Of a stretch of DNA of 24,426 bases, positions 7,426-17,393 are shown one piece after another (the stretch's first letter is position 1; each line of letters begins with the position of its first letter). The notes beneath the pieces are model-generated. The model saw only the letters and a program-made list of their open reading frames with translations. It was not told the origin of the DNA and searched no databases. A program made the translations under genes and the position numbers. Origin of the DNA: a virus (Duplodnaviria > Caudoviricetes); the IMG/VR virus record IMGVR_UViG_3300029775_000018, positions 1 to 24,426 of that record. One strand, given 5' to 3'.

Positions 7426-10400
7426 TTAAATAATGTCGTCGTTGATATTATCCAATAGTCCCATTTCAAAACACTTAGATATATAAGAGTTAAAACGGGC
7501 TGTCTTCCTGTAACCACCAGACGTCATAGTTAACATTCGTAGGCGTACGCATAGGTTTACTATGGCTTTTGTTTCTTCTTTTTCAATGGATAGCATAGCT
7601 TCTACGTCGCCTAGTCTTAAATATTTTTGTTGTGCGAATAGGCTTATAAATTCGCTATACTTTCCAGCACCCTTAAGGGTATCTATTGCCCTTAATTGCT
7701 TTGTTAGGGCTTCGAATTTCTCTTGTGTTAATTCTTCTTCGTTAACGCTTAGGCGGGCGTAGTAGTTCAGACCACAGCCGGGGGCGTTATAAATTCCCTT
7801 TAAATAAGTTAGTATAAATTTTACGTGACCTGGGTACACTATAATACGTTCCCCACTTTCGTCGGTGCTGTTGGTTAGAACGGCAAGCGACACGGCTAAA
7901 CGTGATACCTTGTTACGTTGGTCCGAAGGGGATACTAAGGGTACGTCGTTGGCTTTTCCGTAGATTTTACTTAATTCTGTAGCAACGCTTAATATTTCGT
8001 CTACGGCGCCAGCGGCGAATGTTACGTGTTCCTGTTTTCTGGACCATGCAAAAAGTATATTGTTCTTTAATGCTTCCGAAGTTACAGACGTGGGAAAAGT
8101 CGGTAGTTGTTGGTTATATAGTTCTGGGTTAACGTCGGTCGCTCTCATGAAGATAGCGAAGTCGAACCTACGTATATCCTCGTTATTAAACACATCCCTA
8201 AGACTTTCCACACCTTGGGCGTAGTCCGCTAGCCTTTTACCCTTTGGTACGTTTCCACTAAGTACAGCGCGTACCCTACAAGGGGTTTCAGCGGTTACGG
8301 CTCTTTTAACCTCTAGGCGACCGTCGGAACGTGCTAGGGTCATTTCGCTGTATTCGTCTTTTGTAATTCCTGTATCTTCGTCAATCCATATCATTTCACG
8401 GTCAGCAAGCGGCCACGCTCCCCATACGATATACCAGGACCCACCACTACCAGACTGTTCCATCTTGTAGGTTAGACCTGTACGGCTGGTACTTTCGGCG
8501 TTAACTCGGTTACCTAATCCTGTGAATTTCATTAACTTTTCAATCAAGGCGCTTTTACCTGTACCAGTATCGCCGACTATCTTAAGTTCGACCCAGCCCC
8601 TCATAGCTTCGTCCCATGGAACATTAAATCTAAGGACGCTATGATAAACCAGTAATACGCCTAGTAAGGTTTCGTCACGCTCTACAATACCTGTCACGTT
8701 ATAAGTTAGGTCATTTAATACCGTTCCTAGCTTTTCGGCTATGGCTTCCTGTGTATACTCTGTTGGCTTAAACACGGCTAACTGTTCCTTAACCTCGTCG
8801 GTTAGTTCGAAGCTTTCCACCACGTCCTGTAGTGGTTCGGCTTTCGTTACCAGTATGGTACTTTCTTGGTTCCTAGGGTGGGGATATACGTACCCCGTTA
8901 TTTCGTAATATTTATTAGCGTCAACGGGCATATTACCCATAGAGTATATTTTCCTAAGTACGTAAGTACCTACGCTGTCTACGGCGTCCGTTTCCTCGTC
9001 GTCTGTCATAGGGATAACCAGTAATTCGTCTATGTTCGTGTTCTCTACGATAGTCGTATCGTATTTTTGACAAGCTGGAATACCGCTTAAACCTCTTAGG
9101 ATACCCTTGATATTGTCGTCGCCTGTAGCTGTCATTTGTATAAGTTCCCGGTTATTGGCTGTTAGGTCTTTATACGCCGTCGCTATTGGAATATTGAGTA
9201 GAGGACAGCCATATTTTTTACACTTGTCACGACCCCAGCAACTATATTCAATTTTCTTAGGTACGATATAAGGCGTATGTTTCTTTCCAGCTACCATTAC
9301 ACGGGTCTTAATTAGTTTTCCTGTTAATTCTGCGTTACTAGTAGAGGCTAGGTGTAGGCTTACAGCTTCTTCGTCTGTAGCGTCACGCTTAATTACGTGA
9401 CACAGTTCGCCGCTACACGGTACACGCTCGTAGTCTTTACTACCTCGTTTCTTTTCGCCGTGAAGACTTCGTATAAAGGCGCAACCGAATTTATAGTTAT
9501 TTTCTTTACTGAATACGGCTTCTACAACGCTACGGGTATTGGCTACCCTTTGTCTTACGCTGTAGTTACTTTCGGCGCTGGTATGTTTTACGACCCAGTC
9601 TTCCAGCGTTTTTAAAGTTTCTTCTTTGGTATGACCTGCGGCCTTAAAGTAACAAGCTAACTGTACTGTAGCTTGGTTACGGTCGCCGTCTTTCTTCCAA
9701 CCACCTTCTAAAATATCCTGTACACATACAGGTGGCTTATCTTTCGTGAATACATATTCTTCTTTGTCATACCTCTGGCTAGCTGTAGCCGCCGCGTCTA
9801 TGTATTCCTGTAATTTGTCGTCGTAGAATATCCCAGCCTTTGGGCGTCTTCTTATGCTTTTAGCTTCTTCGCCGTCTAGCCTGTCTGCTGGTACAGCGCC
9901 AACTTTGGCACGTTCTTTTATTTCGTCAAGGGTAAGGGTGTTAAGTTCCGTTACACTTAGTTCTATTTTATAAAGCCCTGTTTTTTGGTGTCTGGAATAA
10001 GGTAAACGTAGCATACGCTTAACTGTGTAAACGACTAAGTCAATAGCCTTAAGTGGTTCGGTATGCTCTACTTCTTTACCGTCTTCATCTATTACCTTTG
10101 AAATATCGCCTAGACGATAACGTAAGTAACCCGCTATATGTTTGTACGCCTTATGTAGGTCGTTCCGTGGTTTTATGCTTAACGCTCTTTCGTCTATGAT
10201 GATATGGAAGCCTTTAGACCCACTAAAGTAAACGTGTAAATCTGTTTCCTTTATGTCTAGTTCTTTTGTAAAAAAGTCTATTAGTTTAATTGCTTCTTTT
10301 TGTGCTACGGTTGGGTCTTGCTCATAGTCAAGGTCAAAGTAGAGGGGGGCGGTGAAGTCTTCCCCCTCGACCTTGCTTTCATTTGCGTACTGTTGGACCG

Positions 10401-10548
10401 TAGCGAAGCAGTTAAAATCTTTAGCTTCTTCACGCTGGAATGTAGGTAGATTAGCTACGTCAATTCGCTTCCAGGGGCTATTTTTACCGTTTTCATCACA
10501 GTAATAGACGTCAACGAATTTATATTGATTTTCAGCTGCTTTCGCCAT
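7426..10548 (-). CDS. Archaeo-eukaryotic primase (AEP) fused to an MCM-family helicase
   Basis: AEP motifs FDLD, FSGSKGFH, RMLRLP; Cys-rich middle (PPVC...FGC...C...C); MCM-like Walker A GDTGTGKS, S..GLT, GAWPLAD...IDE (Walker B), RRFD arginine finger. Confidence 0.88.
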   Translation of the reverse strand: MAKAAENQYKFVDVYYCDENGKNSPWKRIDVANLPTFQREEAKDFNCFATVQQYANESKVEGEDFTAPLYFDLDYEQDPTVAQKEAIKLIDFFTKELDIKETDLHVYFSGSKGFHIIIDERALSIKPRNDLHKAYKHIAGYLRYRLGDISKVIDEDGKEVEHTEPLKAIDLVVYTVKRMLRLPYSRHQKTGLYKIELSVTELNTLTLDEIKERAKVGAVPADRLDGEEAKSIRRRPKAGIFYDDKLQEYIDAAATASQRYDKEEYVFTKDKPPVCVQDILEGGWKKDGDRNQATVQLACYFKAAGHTKEETLKTLEDWVVKHTSAESNYSVRQRVANTRSVVEAVFSKENNYKFGCAFIRSLHGEKKRGSKDYERVPCSGELCHVIKRDATDEEAVSLHLASTSNAELTGKLIKTRVMVAGKKHTPYIVPKKIEYSCWGRDKCKKYGCPLLNIPIATAYKDLTANNRELIQMTATGDDNIKGILRGLSGIPACQKYDTTIVENTNIDELLVIPMTDDEETDAVDSVGTYVLRKIYSMGNMPVDANKYYEITGYVYPHPRNQESTILVTKAEPLQDVVESFELTDEVKEQLAVFKPTEYTQEAIAEKLGTVLNDLTYNVTGIVERDETLLGVLLVYHSVLRFNVPWDEAMRGWVELKIVGDTGTGKSALIEKLMKFTGLGNRVNAESTSRTGLTYKMEQSGSGGSWYIVWGAWPLADREMIWIDEDTGITKDEYSEMTLARSDGRLEVKRAVTAETPCRVRAVLSGNVPKGKRLADYAQGVESLRDVFNNEDIRRFDFAIFMRATDVNPELYNQQLPTFPTSVTSEALKNNILFAWSRKQEHVTFAAGAVDEILSVATELSKIYGKANDVPLVSPSDQRNKVSRLAVSLAVLTNSTDESGERIIVYPGHVKFILTYLKGIYNAPGCGLNYYARLSVNEEELTQEKFEALTKQLRAIDTLKGAGKYSEFISLFAQQKYLRLGDVEAMLSIEKEETKAIVNLCVRLRMLTMTSGGYRKTARFNSYISKCFEMGLLDNINDDII

Positions 10549-10567
10549 TTAATAGGCCCCCTTGTGT

Positions 10568-11371
10568 TTATTTCTGGTAATCTGCTGGATTGAACATTCC
10601 CATAGCTTCGAAGTCTATACCTAACCAGCTAATGGAAGGGTCTTTACCTTTCTTCTCACTTGTACTAATTCTTGTTACGATACTTGTAACGCCTGTTCTA
10701 GCTTTAATACCAGCTGTCTTATAACCACCTTTATATACCTTCATTGCATATTTACCGAAGGCAATAGTAGCGGTAGGTGCGAAACTCATTAAATAAATTT
10801 GTGGCATACCTTCCGGGTCAATGCTATCTACAGGTACTACGAACGCCATGTATCTAAGTTCTAGGTCATTAATAGAATATCTACTAGCTGCTTCTGGGTT
10901 CTCTTGCAGCCAATCGGTTAACATTGCTTCGGCGTCTTCTTTTTCCTTACAAGCTGCGATTAACTGGCCGTCTTCTGGGCTGTTTTGTGCGCCCCATAGG
11001 CTCCAACGTTTTTCGCCTTGTCCGATTACTACGTCGATATGGTCACCATATTTTACGGTTTCGTCGTCCTTCTCTACAAAGTTACCTTTCTTATCCACTA
11101 CTAACCACGAACCCATGTACACGAAGTCCATGTCTAAACCTTCGTTAACCGCCATAAAGTCACTCATTACGCCGTCTAAAATCTGGGTAATATAAGCGGC
11201 TCCTGTAGACTTAGTAGTCGCTATGGCGTTAACCTGTGAAGCCACAATAGAAGTTTCGGCGTTTTGCTCCTGTGAAGGGTCCGCTGTTACGTCTACGCTG
11301 TTGGTTGCTTCCTCTTTAATTACTTCCTCATTTGTTTCTGGTGTTGTGTTTACGTTTTTGTTTTCACTCAT
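10568..11371 (-). CDS. Hypothetical replication protein, possibly ssDNA-binding/annealing
   Basis: 267 aa, acidic, disordered N-terminus; function inferred only from its position between helicase and primase-helicase. Confidence 0.5.
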   Translation of the reverse strand: MSENKNVNTTPETNEEVIKEEATNSVDVTADPSQEQNAETSIVASQVNAIATTKSTGAAYITQILDGVMSDFMAVNEGLDMDFVYMGSWLVVDKKGNFVEKDDETVKYGDHIDVVIGQGEKRWSLWGAQNSPEDGQLIAACKEKEDAEAMLTDWLQENPEAASRYSINDLELRYMAFVVPVDSIDPEGMPQIYLMSFAPTATIAFGKYAMKVYKGGYKTAGIKARTGVTSIVTRISTSEKKGKDPSISWLGIDFEAMGMFNPADYQK

Positions 11372-11396
11372 TGTAAAAACCTACCTTTCATATTTT

Positions 11397-13070
11397 TTAA
11401 AATTTCATGTTACTTAAAAAGTCGTCTATAATGTCACGCTCCGTATTACGGGGCTTTGACACTAGTTTAATACCTAGCCTTTTGTAAACCCTACGACGGC
11501 TGTAATACTGTTGCTTAAATACTCCGACGTTTGCGTCTACATAGTCGTACCAGATGGCTTCTTTATCTGGGTTAGTAGGGTCTGGTCGCATAATACGGCC
11601 GATTTCCTGTTCAAGCCCAGCGCCTGTAGTACTGTTATGGTCGTCGCCCTTTTTAGGGGTTACGCTATGGCCTACTGTTAGGTGGGGAAAGTCTAGTCCT
11701 TCCCTTGCTAACTGTGTAGCGAATAATACGTCAATTTCCTTATCTTCAAAGGACTGTAGTATTTCTTGTCGTTGCTTTTTGGTAATCTGCCAGTCTTTGA
11801 ATTCTTTGTCTGTATACTGTGGGGTCTTAACCTTCCAGCGTCTGGCTTTTTTGTCGTACTTACATTCTGTACCGTGGTATTCGGCTTTGGTTTCTGCGTC
11901 TGCTTTTCCAGAAGCTACACGCCACGTATAACGTTGAATTCCACCATGTACTACAGCTGTACGGACTTTGATACCTTTGTCTTTTGCTATACGCTGTACG
12001 GCTTCCTGTAGTACGAAACAGTAACGTACACTTTCGGCTATAGCTATGGCGTAACCCTCTGGTACGGCTTGTACGATAGTAGAAGCTACTAGGTTAGCCC
12101 GGTCGGTATCAGATATTAGGGTATTTATAAGCCCTACATAGTCTAGGTCTTCGCCGCCAGCGTCTACGTTATCTATCTGGCTGTCGTCGGCTCTATCTGT
12201 AAAGTCGGTATATACGAACCTAACAGATGGCTTTACAAGTTGTTCATTTTGGTATAACGCTGTACGGTCTACTGTATGGACCCTTGGACCTATTCCCATG
12301 TACATATAATCTTCCATACCGTCCTTACGGTCTGGTGTCGCCGTAAGTCCCACAATCCTTTTAGCCTTAAACTTGGCCGCTGTGTCGATAAACTGATTAG
12401 CTGGGAAGTGGTGGGCCTCGTCTATGATTACAACGCCTATATACGGTATTAAGAAGTCTACTAGCGTTGGGTCTGCTCTTAAGGTCTGTACCGTGGCTAT
12501 AATCAACTTACCGTCGCCGTAATCCTTGGTACCGTCGCCCAGCATACCGATTTTACCTACGCCTTTTAGTGTTGCTTCGGCTCTGGTCTTTGTCTGGTAC
12601 ATTAGGTCGGTAGTATGGGTTAGCCATAAGGTAGGGCGTCCTACTTGGTGTATGTAGGCCATTCCCATAATGGTTTTACCACTACCAGCCGGGGCTACGC
12701 CTACGCCGTTATCTTTTAAGATTGCGTTTACTAAAGGCGTTTGATAATCCCTTAAAACGTAAGACTTGTTCCATGCTCCGAAGTCTATAGGCGTACCCTC
12801 TACTAGGTCTGTAGTAAGGTCGTAACGTGTACCTTGTTCTTTTAGTAACGTTAGTAGCTGTCCTTTGTATCCACGTGGTAGTATTAGGTTTCCGTCTTCG
12901 TCATTAAGGTAAAGCTTTAGCTTCTGGTCGATACCCCACGTTGGACGCCGTTGTCTTTTCGCCTTAATAAAAGCTGGGTTATCTATAGTTAGGTCTGCCG
13001 TAATCTTTAACTTTAAAGGTAGACTACACCCCGTAAGCTGTAGGTTGTTGCTGCTTTTTATCTGTAGCAA
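11397..13070 (-). CDS. Superfamily 2 (DEAH) DNA helicase
   Basis: Q motif LRDYQ, Walker A APAGSGKT, DEAHH, GLTATP, AREGLDFP, QEIGRIMR. Confidence 0.92.
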   Translation of the reverse strand: MLQIKSSNNLQLTGCSLPLKLKITADLTIDNPAFIKAKRQRRPTWGIDQKLKLYLNDEDGNLILPRGYKGQLLTLLKEQGTRYDLTTDLVEGTPIDFGAWNKSYVLRDYQTPLVNAILKDNGVGVAPAGSGKTIMGMAYIHQVGRPTLWLTHTTDLMYQTKTRAEATLKGVGKIGMLGDGTKDYGDGKLIIATVQTLRADPTLVDFLIPYIGVVIIDEAHHFPANQFIDTAAKFKAKRIVGLTATPDRKDGMEDYMYMGIGPRVHTVDRTALYQNEQLVKPSVRFVYTDFTDRADDSQIDNVDAGGEDLDYVGLINTLISDTDRANLVASTIVQAVPEGYAIAIAESVRYCFVLQEAVQRIAKDKGIKVRTAVVHGGIQRYTWRVASGKADAETKAEYHGTECKYDKKARRWKVKTPQYTDKEFKDWQITKKQRQEILQSFEDKEIDVLFATQLAREGLDFPHLTVGHSVTPKKGDDHNSTTGAGLEQEIGRIMRPDPTNPDKEAIWYDYVDANVGVFKQQYYSRRRVYKRLGIKLVSKPRNTERDIIDDFLSNMKF

Positions 13071-13570
13071 TTTGTCACCCCCTTTAAGTCGTATCCCCTA
13101 ACAGGTTGGTCGTTCTCATATAAGTCAAGAAGTGGAAGGGGTATACTGTTTATTTTCTGTTGCTGTAGTTCTTCCAGGGTAATATACTGTCTGTTTTGTG
13201 CTTTCATATATACCAGCGCGTCTACAAGGCGAAAGGCGAAGGCAAGGTCTACAGCTTCATTTAAGAAACTTATAAATACCATTCCGATATTACGGTCCAT
13301 AACGCCGTCGAATTCTAGTAACCCTTTTAACTGATTAGGTCGTAAGAAGGATAGTTCGAAACGGTCCCCAGCTGTACGCTTGTCCTCGCTAAGTATGTTT
13401 ATATGCTCTAGTAGGATTATGTCGTCGCCGGGTCTTGTACCAATACGCCCCGCGGCGTCTGTAATTCTCATACGCCAGCAATTAGGAATAAGTCGCCAGC
13501 TACGGCGTAACTCGTCTTGGAAGTCCTCGCCACGTTTTCTACGTTCCGCCTGTTTATCGCTACTGTGCAT
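13058..13570 (-). CDS. RecU-like Holliday junction resolvase (PD-(D/E)xK)
   Basis: RGEDFQ...RPGDDII...SEDKRT...LRPNQLKGL follows the RecU-like motif order. Confidence 0.7.
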   Translation of the reverse strand: MHSSDKQAERRKRGEDFQDELRRSWRLIPNCWRMRITDAAGRIGTRPGDDIILLEHINILSEDKRTAGDRFELSFLRPNQLKGLLEFDGVMDRNIGMVFISFLNEAVDLAFAFRLVDALVYMKAQNRQYITLEELQQQKINSIPLPLLDLYENDQPVRGYDLKGVTNCYR

Positions 13571-14121
13571 TATTTCAGAAACGCCAGTATGTTAGCTTGT
13601 AAATTAGCCTTGATACGGATACCCTGGAAGGCTTCAACTTTAGAGTTGTAAGCGTCTTTAGATTTCGCTAATCCTATATCAAGTTTTACTAATTCGGCTT
13701 CGACTTCGCCTAGTTCTTTACGTAGGTCTTGGCTGGCTGTATGTCTATAGGCGTCGCGGGAAGTATCGTTAGTAAGTGCTACCTTTTTATCGCCTACCAT
13801 TACAAAAGCGTCACGCCCTGTACCTTGAATTTCCATAATGGCGTTGGCTTCTCTTAACTGAATTTCCGTGTCTAATTCTCTGGCTCTCTTTTGTAGGTCG
13901 GCCTTATTACTATAGGCTTCTTCGTTGGCCGTTCCAGCTTCTAAAATATCCGCTATACCTGTATCAAGTTGGTATAAGGTAGCCGCTAGGTTTTCTCCAT
14001 GGACTAGTGCGTTAGTCGTAGGAAGGGGTTTACTGGTCCATTTCCTTACTACCTCTACTACGGCGTCATAGCCGTATGTGTCTACTATCTCTTTTAACTG
14101 TTCTTGGAATTTGTTATCCAT
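13570..14121 (-). CDS. Hypothetical coiled-coil protein
   Basis: 183 aa helical; AGGAG SD; TAATG coupling to the next gene. Confidence 0.7.
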   Translation of the reverse strand: MDNKFQEQLKEIVDTYGYDAVVEVVRKWTSKPLPTTNALVHGENLAATLYQLDTGIADILEAGTANEEAYSNKADLQKRARELDTEIQLREANAIMEIQGTGRDAFVMVGDKKVALTNDTSRDAYRHTASQDLRKELGEVEAELVKLDIGLAKSKDAYNSKVEAFQGIRIKANLQANILAFLK

Positions 14122-14145
14122 TTCGTTACACTCCTTTAAGTTTTA

Positions 14146-14442
14146 TTAATTATCTCTAAACAAGTCAGCTATCCAGTTGTTGGCTTTCATATTTTCCTGT
14201 CTTTGTTGCTCTAGTGCGTTTTTAGTAGCTTGTTCTAATAGTTGAGATTGTGTATAAGCACCCATTAGCTGTACGCTCTCTAGTAATTGCTGTGTATCTA
14301 ATTTACTAAGTTGTTGTCTAAACTCTTGTACATCAGCTTCGCTATTGCCTAAGCTTTTAAAGGTTCTGGTTAGTGACTGTACAATACCGTCCTTGATAAG
14401 GTTGTTAACCGTACCTAGAAACAAGTTATTTTTATTTACCAT
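14146..14442 (-). CDS. Hypothetical protein
   Basis: 98 aa, Q/L-rich; GGGGGTG SD. Confidence 0.65.
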   Translation of the reverse strand: MVNKNNLFLGTVNNLIKDGIVQSLTRTFKSLGNSEADVQEFRQQLSKLDTQQLLESVQLMGAYTQSQLLEQATKNALEQQRQENMKANNWIADLFRDN

Positions 14443-14455
14443 CTATGACACCCCC

Positions 14456-14662
14456 TTAAGGTTTAATGTGTGATTTGATTACTAAAAATTCGCCTGTATA
14501 ACCACCGTCTGTAGTTCTTTGTATCGTGGTACTTTTACACGAAGGGCAAGCCATCATACTACGACCTTCATATCCCCAGTGAAATATAAAGCCTTCTAGG
14601 TCGTCGCTTACCGGGGCGCTATACCCACAGTTCTTACATTGGAAGACCTTACGCCCAGCCAT
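14456..14662 (-). CDS. Small zinc-ribbon protein
   Basis: CKNC ... CPSC; TAATG coupling to sbcD. Confidence 0.65.
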   Translation of the reverse strand: MAGRKVFQCKNCGYSAPVSDDLEGFIFHWGYEGRSMMACPSCKSTTIQRTTDGGYTGEFLVIKSHIKP

Positions 14663-15642
14663 TAGACCACCGTTTCCCTTTGTTGGTCGATTACTTCTAG
14701 GGCTGTTTTTACAACGTCTGGGGCGAAGTTGTTTTCAGCTGCGATAGTGTCTACAATCTGGTTAATATCCATTAAAACCTTACCGCCTGTATGGGTCTGT
14801 ATTAAGGTGCTAAAGGCTTCCATGGCGTACTGCCTTTGTTTTTCTTCTTCGATACGGCTACGGTCTAGGACTTCGTCGCCTGGTCTAGCTGTCGTTAGTG
14901 GTAAAAACTCTATAGTGTGTTTAGCCGTAATAGTGTCTACGTCTATAAGTGCTACCCGTACCTGTCTTTCTATCTCTGATACGCTAGCCGATATACGAAG
15001 CAAGCTTCCCGGATTACAGAATGTCACGCCGTCGGCTCTGTTATAAACGCCATAACCTAAATGGTCGTGTCCTGTAAGCACTATGTCAGCCGTAGAAGGT
15101 ACTTTGTAAAGGTCGCTGTACCTGTCAAAGGGTGGTTTATGGTCTAGTAGCATACCGTGGGCCATGTGTATATTTACGGTGTTCGGTAGTATGTCAACTT
15201 CTGGACTGTACCCGTAACCGTTAATATCCATTTGACGGCTGTAAGGTGTCGCTGTAAGGTAAACCGTGTATCTGCCAGTCGCTAACTCGCAAGCCTTTGG
15301 CTCTGTGATAACGTGTACCTTTGGTACTAACATTTCTAAAAGCCTTAGACTACTACGACCGTAACTATTTAGGTTGTAGCCGTATATATCATGGTTACCT
15401 GGGGTAATATAGATAGGTACGGGGCTTTCGTTTAAGACCTTGGCGTAGCCTAGTAGTACGGCTATTGATACTTCGGGTCTGTCCCATACGTCGCCGGGCA
15501 TTAATATATATTTTGCGTCATGCTCTACAGCTAGTTTAAAAACTTCCTGTAGTTTAGCTACGGCGGTGGTAGGGTAGTCGTCTATTCGGTTTCTGGGGTT
15601 ATTTCCTCTTAGGTGCCAGTCACCAGTAAAGATTAGTTTCAT
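14662..15642 (-). CDS. sbcD: Mre11/SbcD-family metallophosphoesterase nuclease
   Basis: GDWH, GDVWD, GNHD, AHG, GHDH and NPGS motifs; adjacent to the Rad50 C-half. Confidence 0.9.
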   Translation of the reverse strand: MKLIFTGDWHLRGNNPRNRIDDYPTTAVAKLQEVFKLAVEHDAKYILMPGDVWDRPEVSIAVLLGYAKVLNESPVPIYITPGNHDIYGYNLNSYGRSSLRLLEMLVPKVHVITEPKACELATGRYTVYLTATPYSRQMDINGYGYSPEVDILPNTVNIHMAHGMLLDHKPPFDRYSDLYKVPSTADIVLTGHDHLGYGVYNRADGVTFCNPGSLLRISASVSEIERQVRVALIDVDTITAKHTIEFLPLTTARPGDEVLDRSRIEEEKQRQYAMEAFSTLIQTHTGGKVLMDINQIVDTIAAENNFAPDVVKTALEVIDQQRETVV

Positions 15643-16337
15643 AAAGCCGATACCTCACTTTCGCCGTTAGAATGTCGTTTAACGCTTAGTGATACTTCGC
15701 CGATTTCCGCTAGGTCGGCGTTATGCGTAATAAGAATTATCTGTCTTTCAAACTTGGCGCTGTATTCTTTTAAGAAGTAGGCCACGTTTGGGGCGTATTC
15801 TTTGGATACGTGTTTTCCGATTTCATCTAAAAACAAGGGTCCTTGTACGCCTTCCATTTCGCTAATTGCTAACCGAAGGGCTAGGGCTATAATGTCAATC
15901 TTTCCACCGCCACGGTCATAGTCTGGTTTTTCTAGTCTTGTAAGAGTAGTACCGTCGTTTAGCCAGTATTCAGCTACAGGCTGGTTAGCCTTTAAGCCTA
16001 GTTCGATTACGAAACGGTGGTTACCACCGAAGACCACGTTAAGGGCTTCGCTTACGATAGCTTCTATCTGTGATTTAGCTTGACGCCTAGCGTATTCACT
16101 GGTCTTTTGTAGAAGTATCTGTACTTTGTCAAATATCCCTAATTGGTTTTCAGCTTCTAGTTTTCTTTCAGCAGCCTTTACCCGTTGTTCAAGAAGAAGG
16201 TCACGTTTGGCCTTTTGTGCTACCAGCTTGTCACGTGTCGCCTTAAGGTCTGCTTTTATCTTGTTAACACTGTAAGCGCTAACACTAGGCGAAGGGTTTA
16301 TATTATCTGGTGCTTTAAATAGTTCTGTTAATCCCAT
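15639..16337 (-). CDS. Rad50/SbcC ABC-ATPase, C-terminal half
   Basis: Short coiled coil, then signature-like RGGGKIDIIALALR, Walker B LFLDE and H-loop LITHN; no Walker A. Confidence 0.85.
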   Translation of the reverse strand: MGLTELFKAPDNINPSPSVSAYSVNKIKADLKATRDKLVAQKAKRDLLLEQRVKAAERKLEAENQLGIFDKVQILLQKTSEYARRQAKSQIEAIVSEALNVVFGGNHRFVIELGLKANQPVAEYWLNDGTTLTRLEKPDYDRGGGKIDIIALALRLAISEMEGVQGPLFLDEIGKHVSKEYAPNVAYFLKEYSAKFERQIILITHNADLAEIGEVSLSVKRHSNGESEVSAL

Positions 16338-16350
16338 GGGTTAACACCCC

Positions 16351-16584
16351 CTAAACCTGTGGTATGGCTTTTTCGATTTCGTCTAACTCTGTATTTACTT
16401 CATTGGTTAGCCTGTCAATTTCGCCTTGGATTGTTTCCGGGTCAACGCCGTATTCTTTCATGCTGGCGATAACCTCGTCACATTGCTTATTAGCTGTTTC
16501 TAGCTGTGTTTCTGCTACGGTTTTAGCCTTTTCCGCCTTTTCTAAACTAGACTTAGCGGCTTCGATACGTTCTTTTACTGTCAT
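16351..16584 (-). CDS. Small coiled-coil protein (possible Rad50 accessory segment)
   Basis: 77 aa helix-turn(YGVDP)-helix directly upstream of the Rad50 C-half. Confidence 0.7.
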   Translation of the reverse strand: MTVKERIEAAKSSLEKAEKAKTVAETQLETANKQCDEVIASMKEYGVDPETIQGEIDRLTNEVNTELDEIEKAIPQV

Positions 16585-16808
16585 TGTTTTTCGCTCCTTT
16601 CCCTAGTACTGTAGGTTAAAATCAACTTGTTTTTAAAAACGGTATCCGTTTCACCTGTTTCAATGTCTGTCTTTTCTGTAGGTGTCTGAACGATTACGGC
16701 TTCTTCTACAGGTAAAGCGGCGTTTAATGGTGCCTGGCTGTTCAGTAAAACTATTTCTTCGTCGTCTTCCAGCTTATAAAGAAGCTGTCTTAATTCCTTA
16801 ACTTTCAT
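16581..16808 (-). CDS. Hypothetical phage protein
   Basis: MKVKEL...L..L..D.EI N-terminus common in small phage proteins; AAGGTG SD. Confidence 0.65.
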   Translation of the reverse strand: MKVKELRQLLYKLEDDEEIVLLNSQAPLNAALPVEEAVIVQTPTEKTDIETGETDTVFKNKLILTYSTRERSEKQ

Positions 16809-16811
16809 AGG

Positions 16812-17381
16812 TTACACCTTCCTTTTATTTTTATATTTCTTAAAGTATTCTTCTGGTCCTAGTTCTCTAAAGTCCGTGGCTCTTTGGTTGGCTTCTTCTC
16901 TTTTTTCAAGTGGGTAAACCCCTAAGTAGTAGCCTTTACCTTTGTGATATACTCGGACTTCGTAGCGCTGTTTGTCCTTTCGCCAGTGGACGCCCCTAAC
17001 CATAGGTAAGGTCGCTGGGTCGTTCTCTGGTGGCTTATAGACTTGTCCTATAGGTAGGTTTATTAAATTATCCCTTCTACAGTTAAGGCTATCGCCGTCC
17101 TTAAATGCTGTGTTCTCGCCACGTTTTGGTTTAGATAATACGCGGTGTAATAGTGGCTGCTTTTGTGGATAACCGGGTACGGGTTTGCTTTGGGCTGTAC
17201 CTCGTATATAGATAAGGTCGTTAGATGGGTGTACGAAACCGTACCAGCTACCGGGAAACGACTTTATATAATCTAGGTCCTCTACATCTACTAAAACTTC
17301 TAGGTATCCGTAACCCGCATTAGGTGGGGCGTCTACGAAGATAACGCCGACCTTGTCACGTATTACGTATTGATTTTTCAC
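16812..17381 (-). CDS. HNH-AP2 domain protein with degenerate HNH site
   Basis: LHRVL...TAFKDGDSLNCRRDNL (HNH_3-like) followed by AP2-like GVHWRKDKQRYEVRV...YLGVY. Confidence 0.75.
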   Translation of the reverse strand: MKNQYVIRDKVGVIFVDAPPNAGYGYLEVLVDVEDLDYIKSFPGSWYGFVHPSNDLIYIRGTAQSKPVPGYPQKQPLLHRVLSKPKRGENTAFKDGDSLNCRRDNLINLPIGQVYKPPENDPATLPMVRGVHWRKDKQRYEVRVYHKGKGYYLGVYPLEKREEANQRATDFRELGPEEYFKKYKNKRKV

Positions 17382-17393
17382 TCTTTCACCCCC

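Noticed and set aside
4918-13070. Inteins or introns in the polymerase, primase-MCM or helicase
   Set aside because: No C/S...HN-C/S/T splice motifs or LAGLIDADG blocks noticed; insertions are short (~45-50 aa)
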